From NCBI RefSeq assembly GCF_009914755.1, contig NC_060935.1: a stretch of DNA of 64,000 nt. One strand, 5' to 3'. How positions within the stretch are numbered: the first letter of the stretch is position 1; each line of letters opens with the position of its first letter. The notes under the pieces are model-generated. The model made no database searches and had not been told where the DNA came from. It saw only the letters and a list, made by a program, of their open reading frames with translations. The DNA comes from the human T2T-CHM13v2.0 reference genome, Homo sapiens. This document shows, piece by piece, positions 32,494 to 49,945 of this stretch. The translations under genes and the position numbers were made by a program.

Positions 32494-34307
32494 TAAAATA
32501 TCTAGGAATACACCCAACAAAGGAGATGAAAGATCTCTACAAAAAAACCCCCAAAACACCACTGAGAGAAATCAGAAATAACACAACCCAATGAAAAAAC
32601 ATTCCATGCTCATGGATTCGAGGAATCAATACTGTTAAAATGGCTATACTGCCCAAAGCAACTTACAGATTTATTATTCCTATCAAGCTGCCAATGCCAT
32701 TTTTCACATAATTAGAAAAAACTATTCTAAAACTCATATGGAATCAAAAAAGAGCCCATAGCCAAAGCAATCCTAAGCAAAAATCACAAAACTGGAGGCA
32801 TCACATTATTCAGTTTCAAACTGTACTATAAAGCCACAGTAACCAAGACAGCATCTACTGGTACACAAACAGAAACATAGACAAATGGAACAGAATAGAG
32901 AGTCCAGAAATAAAGCTGAACACCTACATTCATAGGACCTTTGACAAAGTTTACAAAAATAAGCAATGGGGAAAGGACTCCCTGTTCAATAAATGGTGCT
33001 GGGATAGCTGGCTAGGCATATACAGAAGAATGAAACTGGACCTCTATTTTTTATCATATACAAAAATTAACTTTAATTTAAATTAAAGATTTAAATGGAA
33101 GACCTCAAGCAATAAGAGTCCTAGAAGAAAACCTAGGCTACACCATTCTGGGCATTGGCTGTGGAAAAGAATTTATGACTAAGTCATCAAAAGCAATTGC
33201 AACAAAAACAAAAATTGACAAGTAGGACATAATTAAACTAAAGAGCTTCTGCACAGCAAAAGACACTATCAACAGAGTGAAAAGAGAGGCTATAGAATGG
33301 AAGCTATCGACAGAGTAAACAGACAACTTACAAAATAAGAGAAAATATTTGCAAACTACACATCAGAAAAATGTCTAATATAAAGAACTTAAATAATTGA
33401 ACAAACAAACCAAATAACCCCATTAAGAAATGGCCAAAAGATATAAACAGACACTTCTCAAAAGAAGACATCCAAGTGGCCAATAACCATATGATAAAAT
33501 GTTCAAAATCATGAATCGCCAGAGAAATGCAAATCAAAACCACAATGAGATAGCATCTCACATCAGTCAGAATGGCTATCATTAAAAAGTCATAACACAA
33601 TAGATGTTGGCAAGGCTGCACCTGTGTAAGGGAACACTTACACACAATTGGTGGGAATGTAAATTAGTTCAGCCATTGTGGAAAGCAGCTTAGACATTTC
33701 TCAAAGAACTTAAAACAGAACTACCATATGACCCAGCAATTTCATTACAGGGTATAGATCCAAAAGAAAATAAATCATTCTACCCAAAAGACACATACAC
33801 TCATATGTTCATCACAGCACTATTCACAATAGCAAAGACGTGGAATCAGCCTAGCTGCATAACAATGGTGAATTGGATAAAGAAAATGTGGTCCATATAC
33901 ACCATGGAATACTACATAGCTATGAAAAAGGACAAAATCATGTCTGTCAAAGTGGCATGAATGCAGTGGGAGGCAATTATCCTAAGCGAATTAATGCAGG
34001 AACAGAAAACCTCCTATCACATTTTCTTACTTATAAGTGGGAGCTAAACAATGGGTACTCATGGACATAAACATGACAACAATAGACACTGGGGGCTACT
34101 AGAAGATGGAGGGAGTGGGGCAAGAGTTGAAATATTACCTATTTGGTACTATGCTCAGTACTGAGTGAAGGGATCAATCATGTCCCAAACCTCAGCATCA
34201 TCATCAATATGCCCATGTAAGAAACCTGAACATGTAACCCCTGAATCTTTGAATCTAAAATACAAATTGAAATTACTTTTTACAAAAGTGATCCCTTTTG
34301 GAAGAAA
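31912..34307 (+). mobile_element. 5'-truncated L1PA15/16-type LINE-1
   Basis: Decayed ORF2 RT to C-terminus plus 3'UTR ending cccaaacctcagcatc...catgtaacccctgaatc...aaattgaaatt; TSD aaaatggggtgatt (31898-31911) / aaaattagggtgatt (34308-34322). Confidence 0.9.
32461..32490. repeat. (AC)15 microsatellite
   Basis: Direct reading. Confidence 0.95.
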
Positions 34308-36313
34308 AAAATTAGGGTGATTATCTGGGTAGGTCTCATGTAATCTATGATTTGTAAAAAATAGGGAGCTTTTTCTGGCTGATGGCAAAAGAGGAAGTCA
34401 GAGAGGTTCTAAGCACAAGAAGGACTTCACGTGCTATAGCTGGTTTGAAGATGGAAGTGGCCATGTGAGAAGGAACACAGAATTACCCTGTGGACAGAGA
34501 CTAGTTCTCAGCCCACAGCTAGCAAGAAAATGAAGAACTCTGTCCTACAAGGAAATACATTCAGCCAGCAACTGAATGAGCTAGGAAACTTTCACAGAGC
34601 CTCCAGCTAAAAGTTGACCCCTTGACTTTGACCCTGTGAGACCTTAAGAATCAAGCCTGTGCAGACCTCTGACCTATAAGACTATAAGCTAATACATGGA
34701 TGTTGTTTTAAGTTGCCAAGTTTGTGGTGATTTGTTATACGGCAATAGAAAACTAGTATGTAACATCAAACATTACCAATGTATATCCAAAAGTATGCCA
34801 AAGAGAAATGTACACAAGTTTTTAGTGAGAAAAATATTTATAAGAGGATCATAACTTAGAAAACAATGACAACAAAACTTACATATGCCTATGTGTATAT
34901 ATAATATGTGTCTGTACATGTTTGTATATATGGTCATATGAATCTAGAGACTAATATGAAGTGATGCATACCAGTTTGCTAACATGGGCTATCTGGGGAC
35001 ATAAGTGCTTGATATATATATGGAGAGGGGATAAGACTGAAAAAGAAAAATTGAGCAAAACCAGCAAAGGAAAATAAAGGTTCCACTACAAAACAAAAGC
35101 ACCTTTAATACTATATTTATGCATTTAAGTAAAATTGCATATATGTACACATGTATAAAGAGACCAGTAATGATTTAAGGTAAGAAAGAAGAAAGGGTAA
35201 CTCTGGAAATGGTGAAAACATATTGGAGAATATTAGAGTCATATTTAATAGGTAATTATAATGGTCCATGGTAGGGGTAGTCATGATGGTTCAGCTGGAG
35301 AGAAGTGGACCGGCTGGATTGGTGTTTACGTCATAAAACCAATGTGACTGTAATAGATAGGAAATAGGCTGTATCAAATCTTATTCCTTCAGTAATAGAG
35401 AGTATACTGGAAAGAACTAGGTTTGGGGGGTGGAGATTCAATCTAAATAATGTCTAATTTATTATTCTTTTGAGATACCAAATGGAGCTTTCATGATATA
35501 TAAGGAGGTTGTAGGAAAAAAAAAGAGAAGAGTAAAGCAAGAAATATAAATAATTACTCTTGTTTGAACTAAAAATTAAAGAATCTATGTCTTCACATTT
35601 ATGCATCCAAGTAACATTCTATGTTAACTTGCGGAAAGAAGGTAAGGTTAAAGGAAAGAGAAAAGGAAAGGTCCCAATGAAAACAATATGGAAAACATAT
35701 TTGAGAAAGTCAGAGTCATGTAGGGGGAGAATGATCAAGAGAAGATTCCAGTGCTACATGCTAGGCCTGTTTTCTTTCAAGTGCTCTTAGTTTTCATAGA
35801 GATCAAAGGCATTGAGCTCTGCTGAATCCCACTGAGTACTTGTGGTGTTTCACAGACGGAGCTCTTATATGATTTTTCACTACTCCATTTTTTCTTGGAA
35901 GCCATAAATCTCATATTGCCCTGCTATAAACTCACTTTGAGGGAACTTGGTCATGATCCTCAGATGCTATAAACTACTAGGCTCCTGTCCAGACCTGCCT
36001 CCAAGCCCCACTTCCTCATCCTCATTCTAGGTGCCAGTTCTTTTCTACTCGTTGCCGTAGCTTGCTCACAAATCATCCTGCTTAACATCTAAGTACAACT
36101 ATATTTTCATGTACAATGTGCTATTATTTCAATATCTCCCTGTAATCATTGCCCAAATCTCAATTACATATAAGCAAATATCTAGAAAGAATATGAGTGT
36201 TCATGATTCAATAGGATCTAATCTGTGAGTCAGTTGATTTCTCCTGCTGTGGAAGGCATGCATTGGGATTCAGGATCTGCATTTTCAGTAGATATTACAA
36301 ATTTACAAATTAA

Positions 36314-36626
<313 letters not shown>

Positions 36627-37539
36627 TAATATCCTCATACTTCCATTGTCATAGCTTGGTTCCTATGTAGTTTATGAATATTCAATGTATTGTCTCAATA
36701 AACAGGCTATTTGCAGAATGAAGTTAAGATTATTTTGCTGAGGCAATAAGGCATAGCAATAAAGGAGCCCCAGGGGTTTACTTTAGGACCAGCCAAGTGC
36801 TGTTAAAGCAGTGGCCTCTAGCAGCATTTATATGTTTTCCTAAAGTAACACTCGCCGAACCATCAAAGAATTTGCTATGCAGGAGATTTTGTTATGAAAA
36901 AGCTTACTTCAGCCCATGTATTCTTCCCTTTGACTCCACTATATCATTGAGAGAAAAGAGGATAAACAAGCTTTTCATTGTTTTCATTTTGGAATTGTTA
37001 AAAACTGGATCAAAAATCAGATATGGAAGCAATTATCAAGTGTTTTGTGCTCAAGGGGACAGGTCATTAGAGACTGATTGAATTCAAGAGGTAAATTAAT
37101 AAAAGCAAAATCTAACTAAATTCATTAATTCATACTTAGATCAAAGAGAATTTAAACTATCACTTTGCATCACATGATACTGCTACAAAGGTTTGGTAGG
37201 GGTACATAGAATGAATCAAGACATAAAATACTCCTGGAGAAGAAATGTCAATCAAGTGAGAAAATTATATTGTCAGGCAATATTAAACTACATTGGTCTG
37301 TGTTGTCTGAGACAACATTATCCCGGAATTTTGTCTATTATATTATCTAAGATATTTGTCACAACACAGGAAGGTGCCAACTATAATTATGGGAAATTCC
37401 TAGTGAAATACATTGTTTTGCAAAGCCATTGAATGTTCTTTGATAACCTGCAAAAACTTAGGCTTATAAATCTTATACAAAATGATGGGATATCTTAGAG
37501 ATGTTACAGAATTAAATCACAGAAGAAAATCTGCCTGAT

Positions 37540-37840
37540 TTCTTTTTGTTGTTGTCGTTTTTGAGACAGTCTTTGCTCTTGAAGCCCAGGCTGGAGTGCA
37601 GTGGCGCAATCTCAGCTCACTGAAACCTCTGCCTCCTAGGTTTAAGCGATTCTCTTGCCTGAGCCTCCTGAGTAGCTGGGATTACACCACCACGCTGGCA
37701 AATTTTTGTATTTTTAGCAGAGACGGGGTTTCACCATGTTGGCCAGGCTAGTCTTGAACCCCTGACCTCAGGAAATCCGCTCACCTCGCCTCCCAAAGTG
37801 CCAAGATTACCAGTGTGAGACACCGCCTCCAGCCCAGCCT
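37540..37840 (-). mobile_element. AluS SINE
   Basis: Antisense dimer; both flanks read gcctgattt. Confidence 0.92.
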
Positions 37841-38455
37841 GATTTTTTTTAAGTCATGTGTTTTGTGGGTGAGAAAGAAGACCTGGATTTGGTTAACTCA
37901 TTTTTATAAATGATGCCTGCTATTGAGTTAGAACTAACGTGACCCCCTAAAAATGAGAGTAAAAGGCAAAAGAAACATATTTTTCAGAATTAAATATCAT
38001 GTTTTTTTTTTTTTTCATTTCCCCAAAATTTGCTCATATTCTTCTGTGGAAAATATTTACTGAAAATGTTTTTATAATATATTCTGCAGTCAGAAGAAAC
38101 TGATAAAATATTTTCTCTGAGACAGAGGTATTTACACAAATTTTATTCTATTGCTTTATTTATAGCAAATGGTATAGCATGCATTTTATTTTAGCCTAAA
38201 ATGTTCCTTTATGCAAAGAGATCATTACATATCGTTTTAAAAGCAGTGTTGCTGTTTTTGTTTTCTAGATATATTGTATTTTTTAATCGAACAGTAAAAC
38301 TTGTATATATTTTAAGTACAACATGATGTTTTGAAATACGTACATATTGTGGAATGGCTAAATAAGGTAAAGAAAATATGCATTACCTCACACACTCATA
38401 ATTTTTTTTTGTTCTGAAAACACTTAAAATCTACGCTCTTAGCAGTTTTCAACTT

Positions 38456-38650
38456 TAGCCATGCATTGCTTAATGATGTGGATACCATCTAAGAAATGGG
38501 TCCTTAGGCAACTTTTAATTCTGCAAACATCATAGAATGCACTTACACAAACCTAGATAGTATAGCCTACTATACCCTTATGCAGTATGGTATAGCCTAT
38601 TGCTCCTAGACTACAAATGTAGACAGTATATATTGTACCAAATACAATAG
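38456..38650. mobile_element. Tigger3-family (Golem) DNA transposon, one end only
   Basis: atgcattgcttaatgatgtggatacc...cttacacaaacctagatagtatagcctactatac...gcctattgctcctagactacaaa. Confidence 0.8.
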
Positions 38651-38936
38651 CTGGCAAGGCACGGTGTCTCATGCCTGTAATCTCAACACTGGGAGGCTGA
38701 GGCAGGAGGACTGCTGGAGCTCAGAAGTTCAAGACAGCCTGGGCAACATAGTGAGACCCTGTCTCGACTAAAAAAAATCAGCTGAGCATGGTGGCATGTT
38801 TCTATAGTGCGAGCTACTTGGGTGACTGAGGTGGAAGGATCGCTTCACTCCAAGAGGTCCAGGCTGCAGTGAGCCAGGATCGTCCTACTACACTCCAGCC
38901 AGAGCAACAGAATGAGACCCTGTCTCAAAAACAAAC
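38651..38936 (+). mobile_element. AluJ SINE
   Basis: J-type sites (gcctgggcaacatagtgagaccctgtctc; gaggtccaggctgcagtgagc); no TSD. Confidence 0.88.
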
Positions 38937-39951
38937 AGTTCCATCCATGTTGTTGCAAATGTGTGGATCTCATTCTTTTTTATGGCTGAATATTACTCCA
39001 TTGGGTATATGTACCACATTATCTTTATCCACTCATCTGTTAATGAGTAAATCAAGTCTTTCTGGAGAGATAAGGATTGTTTAAAACCATTCGTTAATGA
39101 GGAAAGAGGTTAACTATGCTCTTCAAAAGCTCAAGGTTCCTGAAATAAAGAAAAGCTGTACTGAAAAGTGTGAAACTTCTTTGTCACCCCCAAAGTTACA
39201 AAGATGTGATATAAAGTATAACCAACCACCCAAGCTAGCCTGGTTTTCTTTTCACTCAACCAAGAATCAAGTGAAAAAAAAATAGTATCTAAAATGAATA
39301 TAAATGCGAGTGACTACTGGAAATGCTGTTGACTGTTTCTACAAGCTTATTCTGAAAAAAAAAAACGCACTTTATGATGTAAAAGAAGTACACAAACTGA
39401 CCATGCCAGCATAACTTGGGGAATATAATTCAAATACAGATTCCTAGACCCTTTTCCAGACCTACAGAATCAGAATTTCTATAGAGTGACCCAATAATGC
39501 ATTTTTTGGTTTTTATGATTTTATTTGTGTGTGCATGTGTGTGTATTGTGTGATTAACATGGCAAGTAGGTGATACTGATGTTCTTTAAAGCTGGCATAT
39601 TAATATTGCTGGTGATACTAAGATAGATGAAGAGCAGCTTCTATATAAAATTATTGTTTAGCATCTAGCATGTAAGATGAAACACATTAAGATATATTAA
39701 AACAAAATATACAAATTTGGAAATTAGAGAGGAGATAATATAAAATAATATGTATTTATGTATCTCCCAATCATTTATATATCTCCCAGAAATTAGAGAG
39801 AACATAAGATATATTGTATATCTTAGCTTAGGCTGAGTATTGAAATTGAAGTTTTAGCTTCCAATTTTAAACACTGGTGTTATGGTATTATTTATTTTTA
39901 AAGTTCTTTTTATTGCTCTCCCATTGAAAATCGAAATAAACTATCTGAACA

Positions 39952-39953
<2 letters not shown>

Positions 39954-39991
<38 letters not shown>

Positions 39992-40001
39992 CTCCTCTTG
40001 T

Positions 40002-40030
<29 letters not shown>
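39954..40030. repeat. (TA)n plus (CA)n compound microsatellite
   Basis: Direct reading: TA run 39954-39990 and CA run 40004-40030. Confidence 0.95.
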
Positions 40031-40032
<2 letters not shown>

Positions 40033-40060
40033 CACTTACTCTCTTTCTCTCATAAATATT

Positions 40061-40630
40061 TAACATAGAGTTACCATATGACTCAACAATTCCACATCTA
40101 GGTATATACCCCAAATAAATGAAAACATACAACACAAAAATTGTACCTCAATGTCCATAGCAGCATTATTCATAATAGCCCCAAAGCAGAAACAAACAAA
40201 ATGTTCATCCATTGATAAATGCATAAATACATTGTAGTATATGCATACAATGGAATGTTATTTGGCAGTAAAACAGAATGAAGAACTGATACAGGTATCA
40301 ATATTGAGGAAACTTGAAAATACTATGCAAGTTACAGAATCAAGTCACAAAAAATACATATTGTGTGTTTCATTTCTATGAAATTTTTATGATAGACAAA
40401 TCTTATAGAGACAGAAAGTAAATTAGCAGTTTCTTAGGGCTGAAGAGGGTATAAGTGGTTTGGGGATGGGGACATGATCATGAATATAGGGCTTTTTGTT
40501 AGATAATAAAAATATTATAAAATTAATTGTGATTTCACAACTATGTGAACATACTAAATACTTTTGAATTACACACTTAAATGTGAGACGTGTATGGTAG
40601 GTGAATTATATGTCAATAAAGCTGTTAAAA
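40061..40630 (+). mobile_element. L1MB/ME-type 3' fragment
   Basis: aacatagagttaccatatgactcaacaattccac ... gtgaattatatgtcaataaagctgttaaaa. Confidence 0.8.
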
Positions 40631-40768
40631 AGATAAATAAATGTGTGTGTACACATACATAATTATACATTCAAAAAGCATTTTTGTAAATATGTATGAA
40701 TAGTCATGTTTAAGAAGAAAATTTAAATTTATCATTTGAATAATCTTTAGTCTTTGCATCTTAATTAG

Positions 40769-41088
<320 letters not shown>

Positions 41089-43649
41089 TGTGATTACCTT
41101 TCATCCTTCCACAGAGGTCTCTTAGAAACACCATCGAGGATGGTAGTAGTATGTAGCTACATGTTCTATTGCTATAGTATTACATAGCCATAGTCATTAT
41201 AGCTATATATACAAAACACGCATATATAAATATAGATGTATATAGAACATGCATGTATAAATATATTTCATATTATTAATGAATACTGAGTTAACTGTGT
41301 TAATTGGAAGTGAGATTCATCCTATTCATACATGACCTACGAGATGAAACAATGTAAACCTTTTTTAAAAATATGTTTTTCCTATTCTTCTTCAGATGGA
41401 ATTGTCAAACAGAAAGGTCTAAAGAAAAAAACTAAGCTAAATTCCTTAGTGAGATTAGAGTTATTCTAAATGTCATTATTTCACATTTAGCTTAGTAAAA
41501 CTTCATTTCACAAAGAAGTTTGCTCAACCTGGATAAAAATTTTTACACTTAAAGTGAATCACAAATTTTGTGATTTTAGTTAGTTTATCACTAAAAGGTT
41601 TGCCTGTTATGGGCATGCCATGTAAATGAATCATGCAATATGTAGTCTTTTTGCATAGAACATATAGGTTAATAAACACTAAGAACAGTCCTTCATGAAT
41701 GCTAATACTTAATTTTACCTTTTACAGTTCTACCTATGGTTTCACAAAAAGCCACAGAAAGCTTTGCAAACAATGAAAGAACACATTAAAAATACTGAAA
41801 AATATTAATGGTGGTTACATTACTCCAATTTTGTCAGAAAGAGCTGTTACTGAATTGAGTGGCTGTTTAGGTGAAATATGCTTCCGAGCATTCTGTTTTC
41901 AGATACAAACGCACACACATTCTACACATGTATATGTGCATACACACACACATACGTACATACATACTTATGTATGTGTGTACATTGTCATTTGAAAACT
42001 TCTCTAATAGACATTTTACTTTTCACAACATTATTACATCAGGAAAATATTACTATAACATAGAACAAGGGCTTCTAGGTTTCATATCCTTCACATATCA
42101 GTGGCGTATTTTCTTCATACTCCTGGTATACATGGAAAGCAGCTCTGCTCTCCAGCAGAGATTTATGGGCAGTCTAGGTGGCTTTGTTGGCATTCCTAGG
42201 GAAGTATTTTAACCATCTTTATGATGTTCAACTCAGAGCTCATTGCACAGTGATGCCCAAGTAAGAAGTAGTTTATTTTCAAACTACTATGCTAGTTCCA
42301 AGTGTTGATTGGCTCTTGGGCCAATCCATTTGGGGCTCATATTTGGCACCACTGCTTCTTACTGTATCCATGGTATAAAGATTTATATATTGCCCAATCA
42401 GTAATCTCATGGGCCTCTCTTTTCATACTTCCCTCAGATTCACTCAGAATGATTGCAGTGCATTTCTTTGAGATGCTCCTAAAGCCCTGGGGCTGCTCTA
42501 AGAACCAGTAGCTCTGCTACCAATTCCTGTGGAGGCCGTGTGGAAATTCTCCCCCAGAGCCTAAGTGATTTTCTGCTCTTTCATTAAGTCCATATCTTAA
42601 ACCAGACCATTATCAACATACTCAGATTTGAAGAAAATCTACTTAGCCCTATTCACTTGCTGTCTTAATGAAGAAATTGAAACATTAATTATAGAGATGG
42701 ACAGAAACTTTACTTAAATAACTTGAGTTGTCACACAAAGTTCTCTTATATAAAACATTTTATTCAAAGATATTTTAATTTACTTTTATGCTTTGTGTCT
42801 AAATAATAGTATAATGATTTTCTAAAATCTATTTTTATAAAAAATAATAAAACACATTTTCAATATTCAGTATTCAAATTATAATACCAATTTCACATTT
42901 AGACTGACAATGTAGAAAAACTAGCAGCTAAATAAAGATGAAAGAGCCATCCCCATGCTAAATATTTTAACTTTCATACATTCATTGGCTTCCTTTCTCC
43001 TCTTGCTGTTTTTGAACACCTTCCCTCATCCTTACACACACCCAAGTATAGTTGTCCTCCTATTATGCACCTGCTTTGTCTGGGGATGATTTGCATAATT
43101 AAGTTTTGGTTTGAGACTAAGCATGGTATACAATCGTTGTTGGCTCAGAAATACTGTGTGTACATTTAAGTCACATTTGATCTGATTTTTAAAACTGAGA
43201 CTATTTAGAATTTCTCCTTTAGAGAAGTATTTTACTGGGAGAAGATTTATATTATATGGAAAGGAATACTAGTTCAAAGCATTGTCAGCTGAGTGTCTAT
43301 GTCAGCAATGAAAAAGGTATGAATTTTTTTCACGAGTCCTCCTTTTCATTTCAAATACTTGAATACAATTCTAAAAAGATGTGGTTTCTTCATTTTATTT
43401 TTAATTCAGAATAAAACTGCTGAGGTAAAACTCTGTCTAACTTACACAGTCTGTCACTTAACTTATGCTTTGTGAAATGTTTCGAAGTCACTGGTAACCA
43501 TTTTGCATGCATATTCCGTATTAATGCACCAGAAATTATTTGAATAGAATTAATTCTGGGAATATTATGCATCCTAAAAGTTATATACTCTTAAAGTGTT
43601 GTCCTGATTATTAAAAAAAATGTATATGGAACAAATGAAATAAAACAGT

Positions 43650-43872
43650 GGAAGACAGTGGGCAATTAAAACAAGGATTAGAATGCAAGACTCTCTAGGT
43701 TCAAATCCTTGTTCCACCAGTTTTAGAGGTGTAACTGTGGGCAGGTTGTACAGTCAATATATCTCTGTTTCTTCATCTGTAAAATGGCAATAATAAGCAT
43801 TTCAGAGTTTCTGAATAGTAAGTTAGTTACTAGAAATTAAGCCTTTAGAAAAATGCCTAACTCATAGTAAGG
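43650..43872 (+). mobile_element. MIR SINE
   Basis: taggttcaaatccttgttccacc...tttcttcatctgtaaaatggcaataata. Confidence 0.7.
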
Positions 43873-44419
43873 ACCAGGATCACCAGTTTGAACAATTCCA
43901 GGGGCGTCATTCATAATCATTTCTATGTGACTGGTGCTGGCTGGAGCACAGTGTGATACGGGCATGGTGTTTCTTGAAGTTGTGCTCCACAGCAGTGCTG
44001 GTAAGCTCAAGGACAGTATAGCCTTTATATTATTATGATTCATGCCAGAATGACCATATTCCCCAGTCTACTAAGAACATTATTGTTTTATACCTGTTAT
44101 CCTTGCATTATTGATGCCACTTTTCTCCCACAGAAGTGTCTCTATTTGGACAATGAATTACATGGTAAAGACATTCATGGCTATTTAGGTGAAACTTAGT
44201 GGTATATCTCCTGAGCTTAAATGAAGGGCATTTTTAATCTATTCAAATCTCAAAGTCCAACATATCAGACTCTATTAAATAATCCTTAGGACCTATTTAT
44301 CAATATAATTTTTCAAATACAAGGGCATTGATTTGATTCAGAAGAAACTCAGTCTTGGTTTCACTATTGTTTCTTCAATGATTTATTTTGTCCAACTCTT
44401 TAAAATAGTATTTTGCTAT

Positions 44420-47908
<3,489 letters not shown>

Positions 47909-49594
47909 ATTTAAAGTGTTGATGAGAACTTCCCTCAAATATGCATTGCTGCTGCTCAAATAGCCCAATTTTGTTAACTTTATTTTAAAAAATATTTATT
48001 TATCTCAACCTTCTTCACAACATGTTCTACTAGGTCCTCTGTGTCCTCAAGATTTTGGCAGTTGAATCATAAACTCTTTGTATAACTGAAATTTCACATG
48101 GATTTTGTGTGTGGCTGTATGTTATCTATAAACTAAAGTCTTGGTGATCACTATCATCTTTCAAGCTGACAATACCACTTTTGTTCCTCTTCAGTATTCA
48201 TCTCTCTTTACCACACACTACAGCTATTTATTTATGCACCTAAAAACTATGATTAAAAATGAACTGAGAATGAAAACATCAAATCCATCATCTTTCTCTG
48301 ATACTATAAGAGCCCCTTAAAGTAGAATGAGATAGGTTTTGAGAGCTATTCAATAAACGTAGTTCATAGATTCTCTTTTGTATTAATAATGGTATTTACC
48401 AAATAGTGTTTTCTTGAAAATTTTAAATTATTTTCTTTTGAAATTATACTCTGATGTTTAAGAGAGATCTGCAAAGTAGGTGAACAAGGAATATATATGT
48501 TTAAGGACAGAAAACACTATATCAAGTATTAAATAGTTCAAGTGTGTTCAACCATTAATGAATAATGATGAAGAAACCTGAAATATGGACCAACAAGCAG
48601 AAATGTAGACATCATATATGGGTTTCCAATAATTTCATTAGCTTCATCAACTCCCCTTATGTAGATGGCGTTAACTTCTGGGATGGATTTCCATTTTATG
48701 GATGATACTCATGATTTAACATAATGGATAAAACAATCTCAACTATAAGAACTTGAGATTTTAATTAAAATGTGAGCTTGTAAAATGAAGTTCATGTTCA
48801 CTAGGCAAGAAATTGGACATAACATTAAAGAGATTAGGCACAACAAGCTGCACTGAATAGAAAATGAAAGTCTTTCATTCAGGTGAAATCATAGGAAATA
48901 AAGTGTGCATTTCTGATTTATGCATAAAATATAGAGAAATCACTTTTGGGGACAAAGGCCATATGAATTGGGCTCAGCTGAATCTAAAGACCCTCAAAGA
49001 CTTGAATTACACTTGTGATAAAGAAAAGAGGCATAAACTGTTCTTTTTGGGCTGCTTCTTTAGGGCTGTATAAGTGAGACCAGCAAGAAAAATAGAGTCC
49101 TCATTTTAGTTCTATCCAAAGATGGGACAAATTAATCTGTCCAAAGAGCGGACATTTGGAGGTGAGTTTAATCATTCATATAACAAATTTTGCAGTCACG
49201 TTTTTGCTCACATGCTCCCAGATAATACAATTCCAACATAAGATAATGCTGATTTCTGGTAATATTTGTGATAGTTTTCTATCTTTAACTACCTGGAGTA
49301 CTTTTTATCCTGAAATTAAATCTGATCTGTACAGTAAAATGTTAATATATCTTTATCCAATATTTAAATGACCATAGAATATTTTTATTAGTTAATTGTT
49401 AGGAAAAACTTTAGAAATGTAACTACCTCAAATTTTGTAGATGAAAAATAAAGGAGCAGGGGTGATGAGTGATTTGCTGAAGGTCATGTGATTAGGGGCA
49501 GAGCTGGAATTAGAACTCCCAGCTGCTAATTCTGGTTTAAGTACTCTTACTTTGTGTGGAACCACACTACTAGAAATTTTAACTTAAAACATTT

Positions 49595-49945
49595 TTTAAA
49601 CTTTATTTCAAGTTAAGGGGGTACATGTGCAGGTGTTATATAGGTAAATGTGGTCATGGGGGTTCATTGTGCAGATTATTTCATCACCGAGGTATTAAGC
49701 CTAGTACGCGTTAGTTATTTTTCCTGATCCTTTCCTTCCTCCCACTCTTCACCATCCAGTAGGCCCCAGTGTGTGCTGTTCCCCTCTATATGTCCATGTG
49801 TTATCGTCATTTAGCTCCTAGTTACCAGTGAGAACATGCAGTATTTAGTTTTCTGTTTCTGTGTTAGTTTGCTAAGGGTAATGGTCTCCCGCTCCATCCA
49901 TGTCCCTGCAAAGGACATGATCTTGTTCTTTTTTTATGGATGCAT
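49595..49945 (-). mobile_element. Short 5'-truncated L1PA (PA10-13 type) 3' end
   Basis: Antisense 3'UTR (cagattatttcatcaccgaggtattaagcctagtac); TSD aacttaaaacatttt / aacttaaatatttt. Confidence 0.85.

Larger units (their letters stand above)
31811..34760 (+). mobile_element. MLT1(E-like) MaLR LTR split by an L1 (pieces 31811-31911 and 34308-34760)
   Basis: MLT1-type 3' end ttgttttaagttgccaagtttgtggtgatttgttatacggcaatagaaaacta; the halves rejoin across the L1 TSD. Confidence 0.75.
38275..39047 (-). mobile_element. L1MA-type 3'UTR (pieces 38275-38452 and 38938-39047) hosting Tigger3 and AluJ
   Basis: Antisense L1MA 3' end (tacaacatgatgttttgaaatacg...cttagcagttttcaa) resumes at gttccatccatgttgttgcaaatg. 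Confidence 0.75.

Noticed and set aside
33262-33340. ~39-bp internal tandem duplication in the old L1
   Set aside because: Diverged slippage-type duplication in a dead element with no evident consequence.
34275-34307. Possible 3' transduction after the L1PA15/16 element
   Set aside because: Only ~15 non-A bases in an old element; cannot be distinguished from a decayed tail.
43390-43572. Minus-strand ORF with GALIRNMHA, loosely like cytochrome b (possible NUMT) and with plausible splice sites
   Set aside because: Similarity is limited to ~8 residues, the flanks do not resemble cytochrome b, and nothing else supports an exon.
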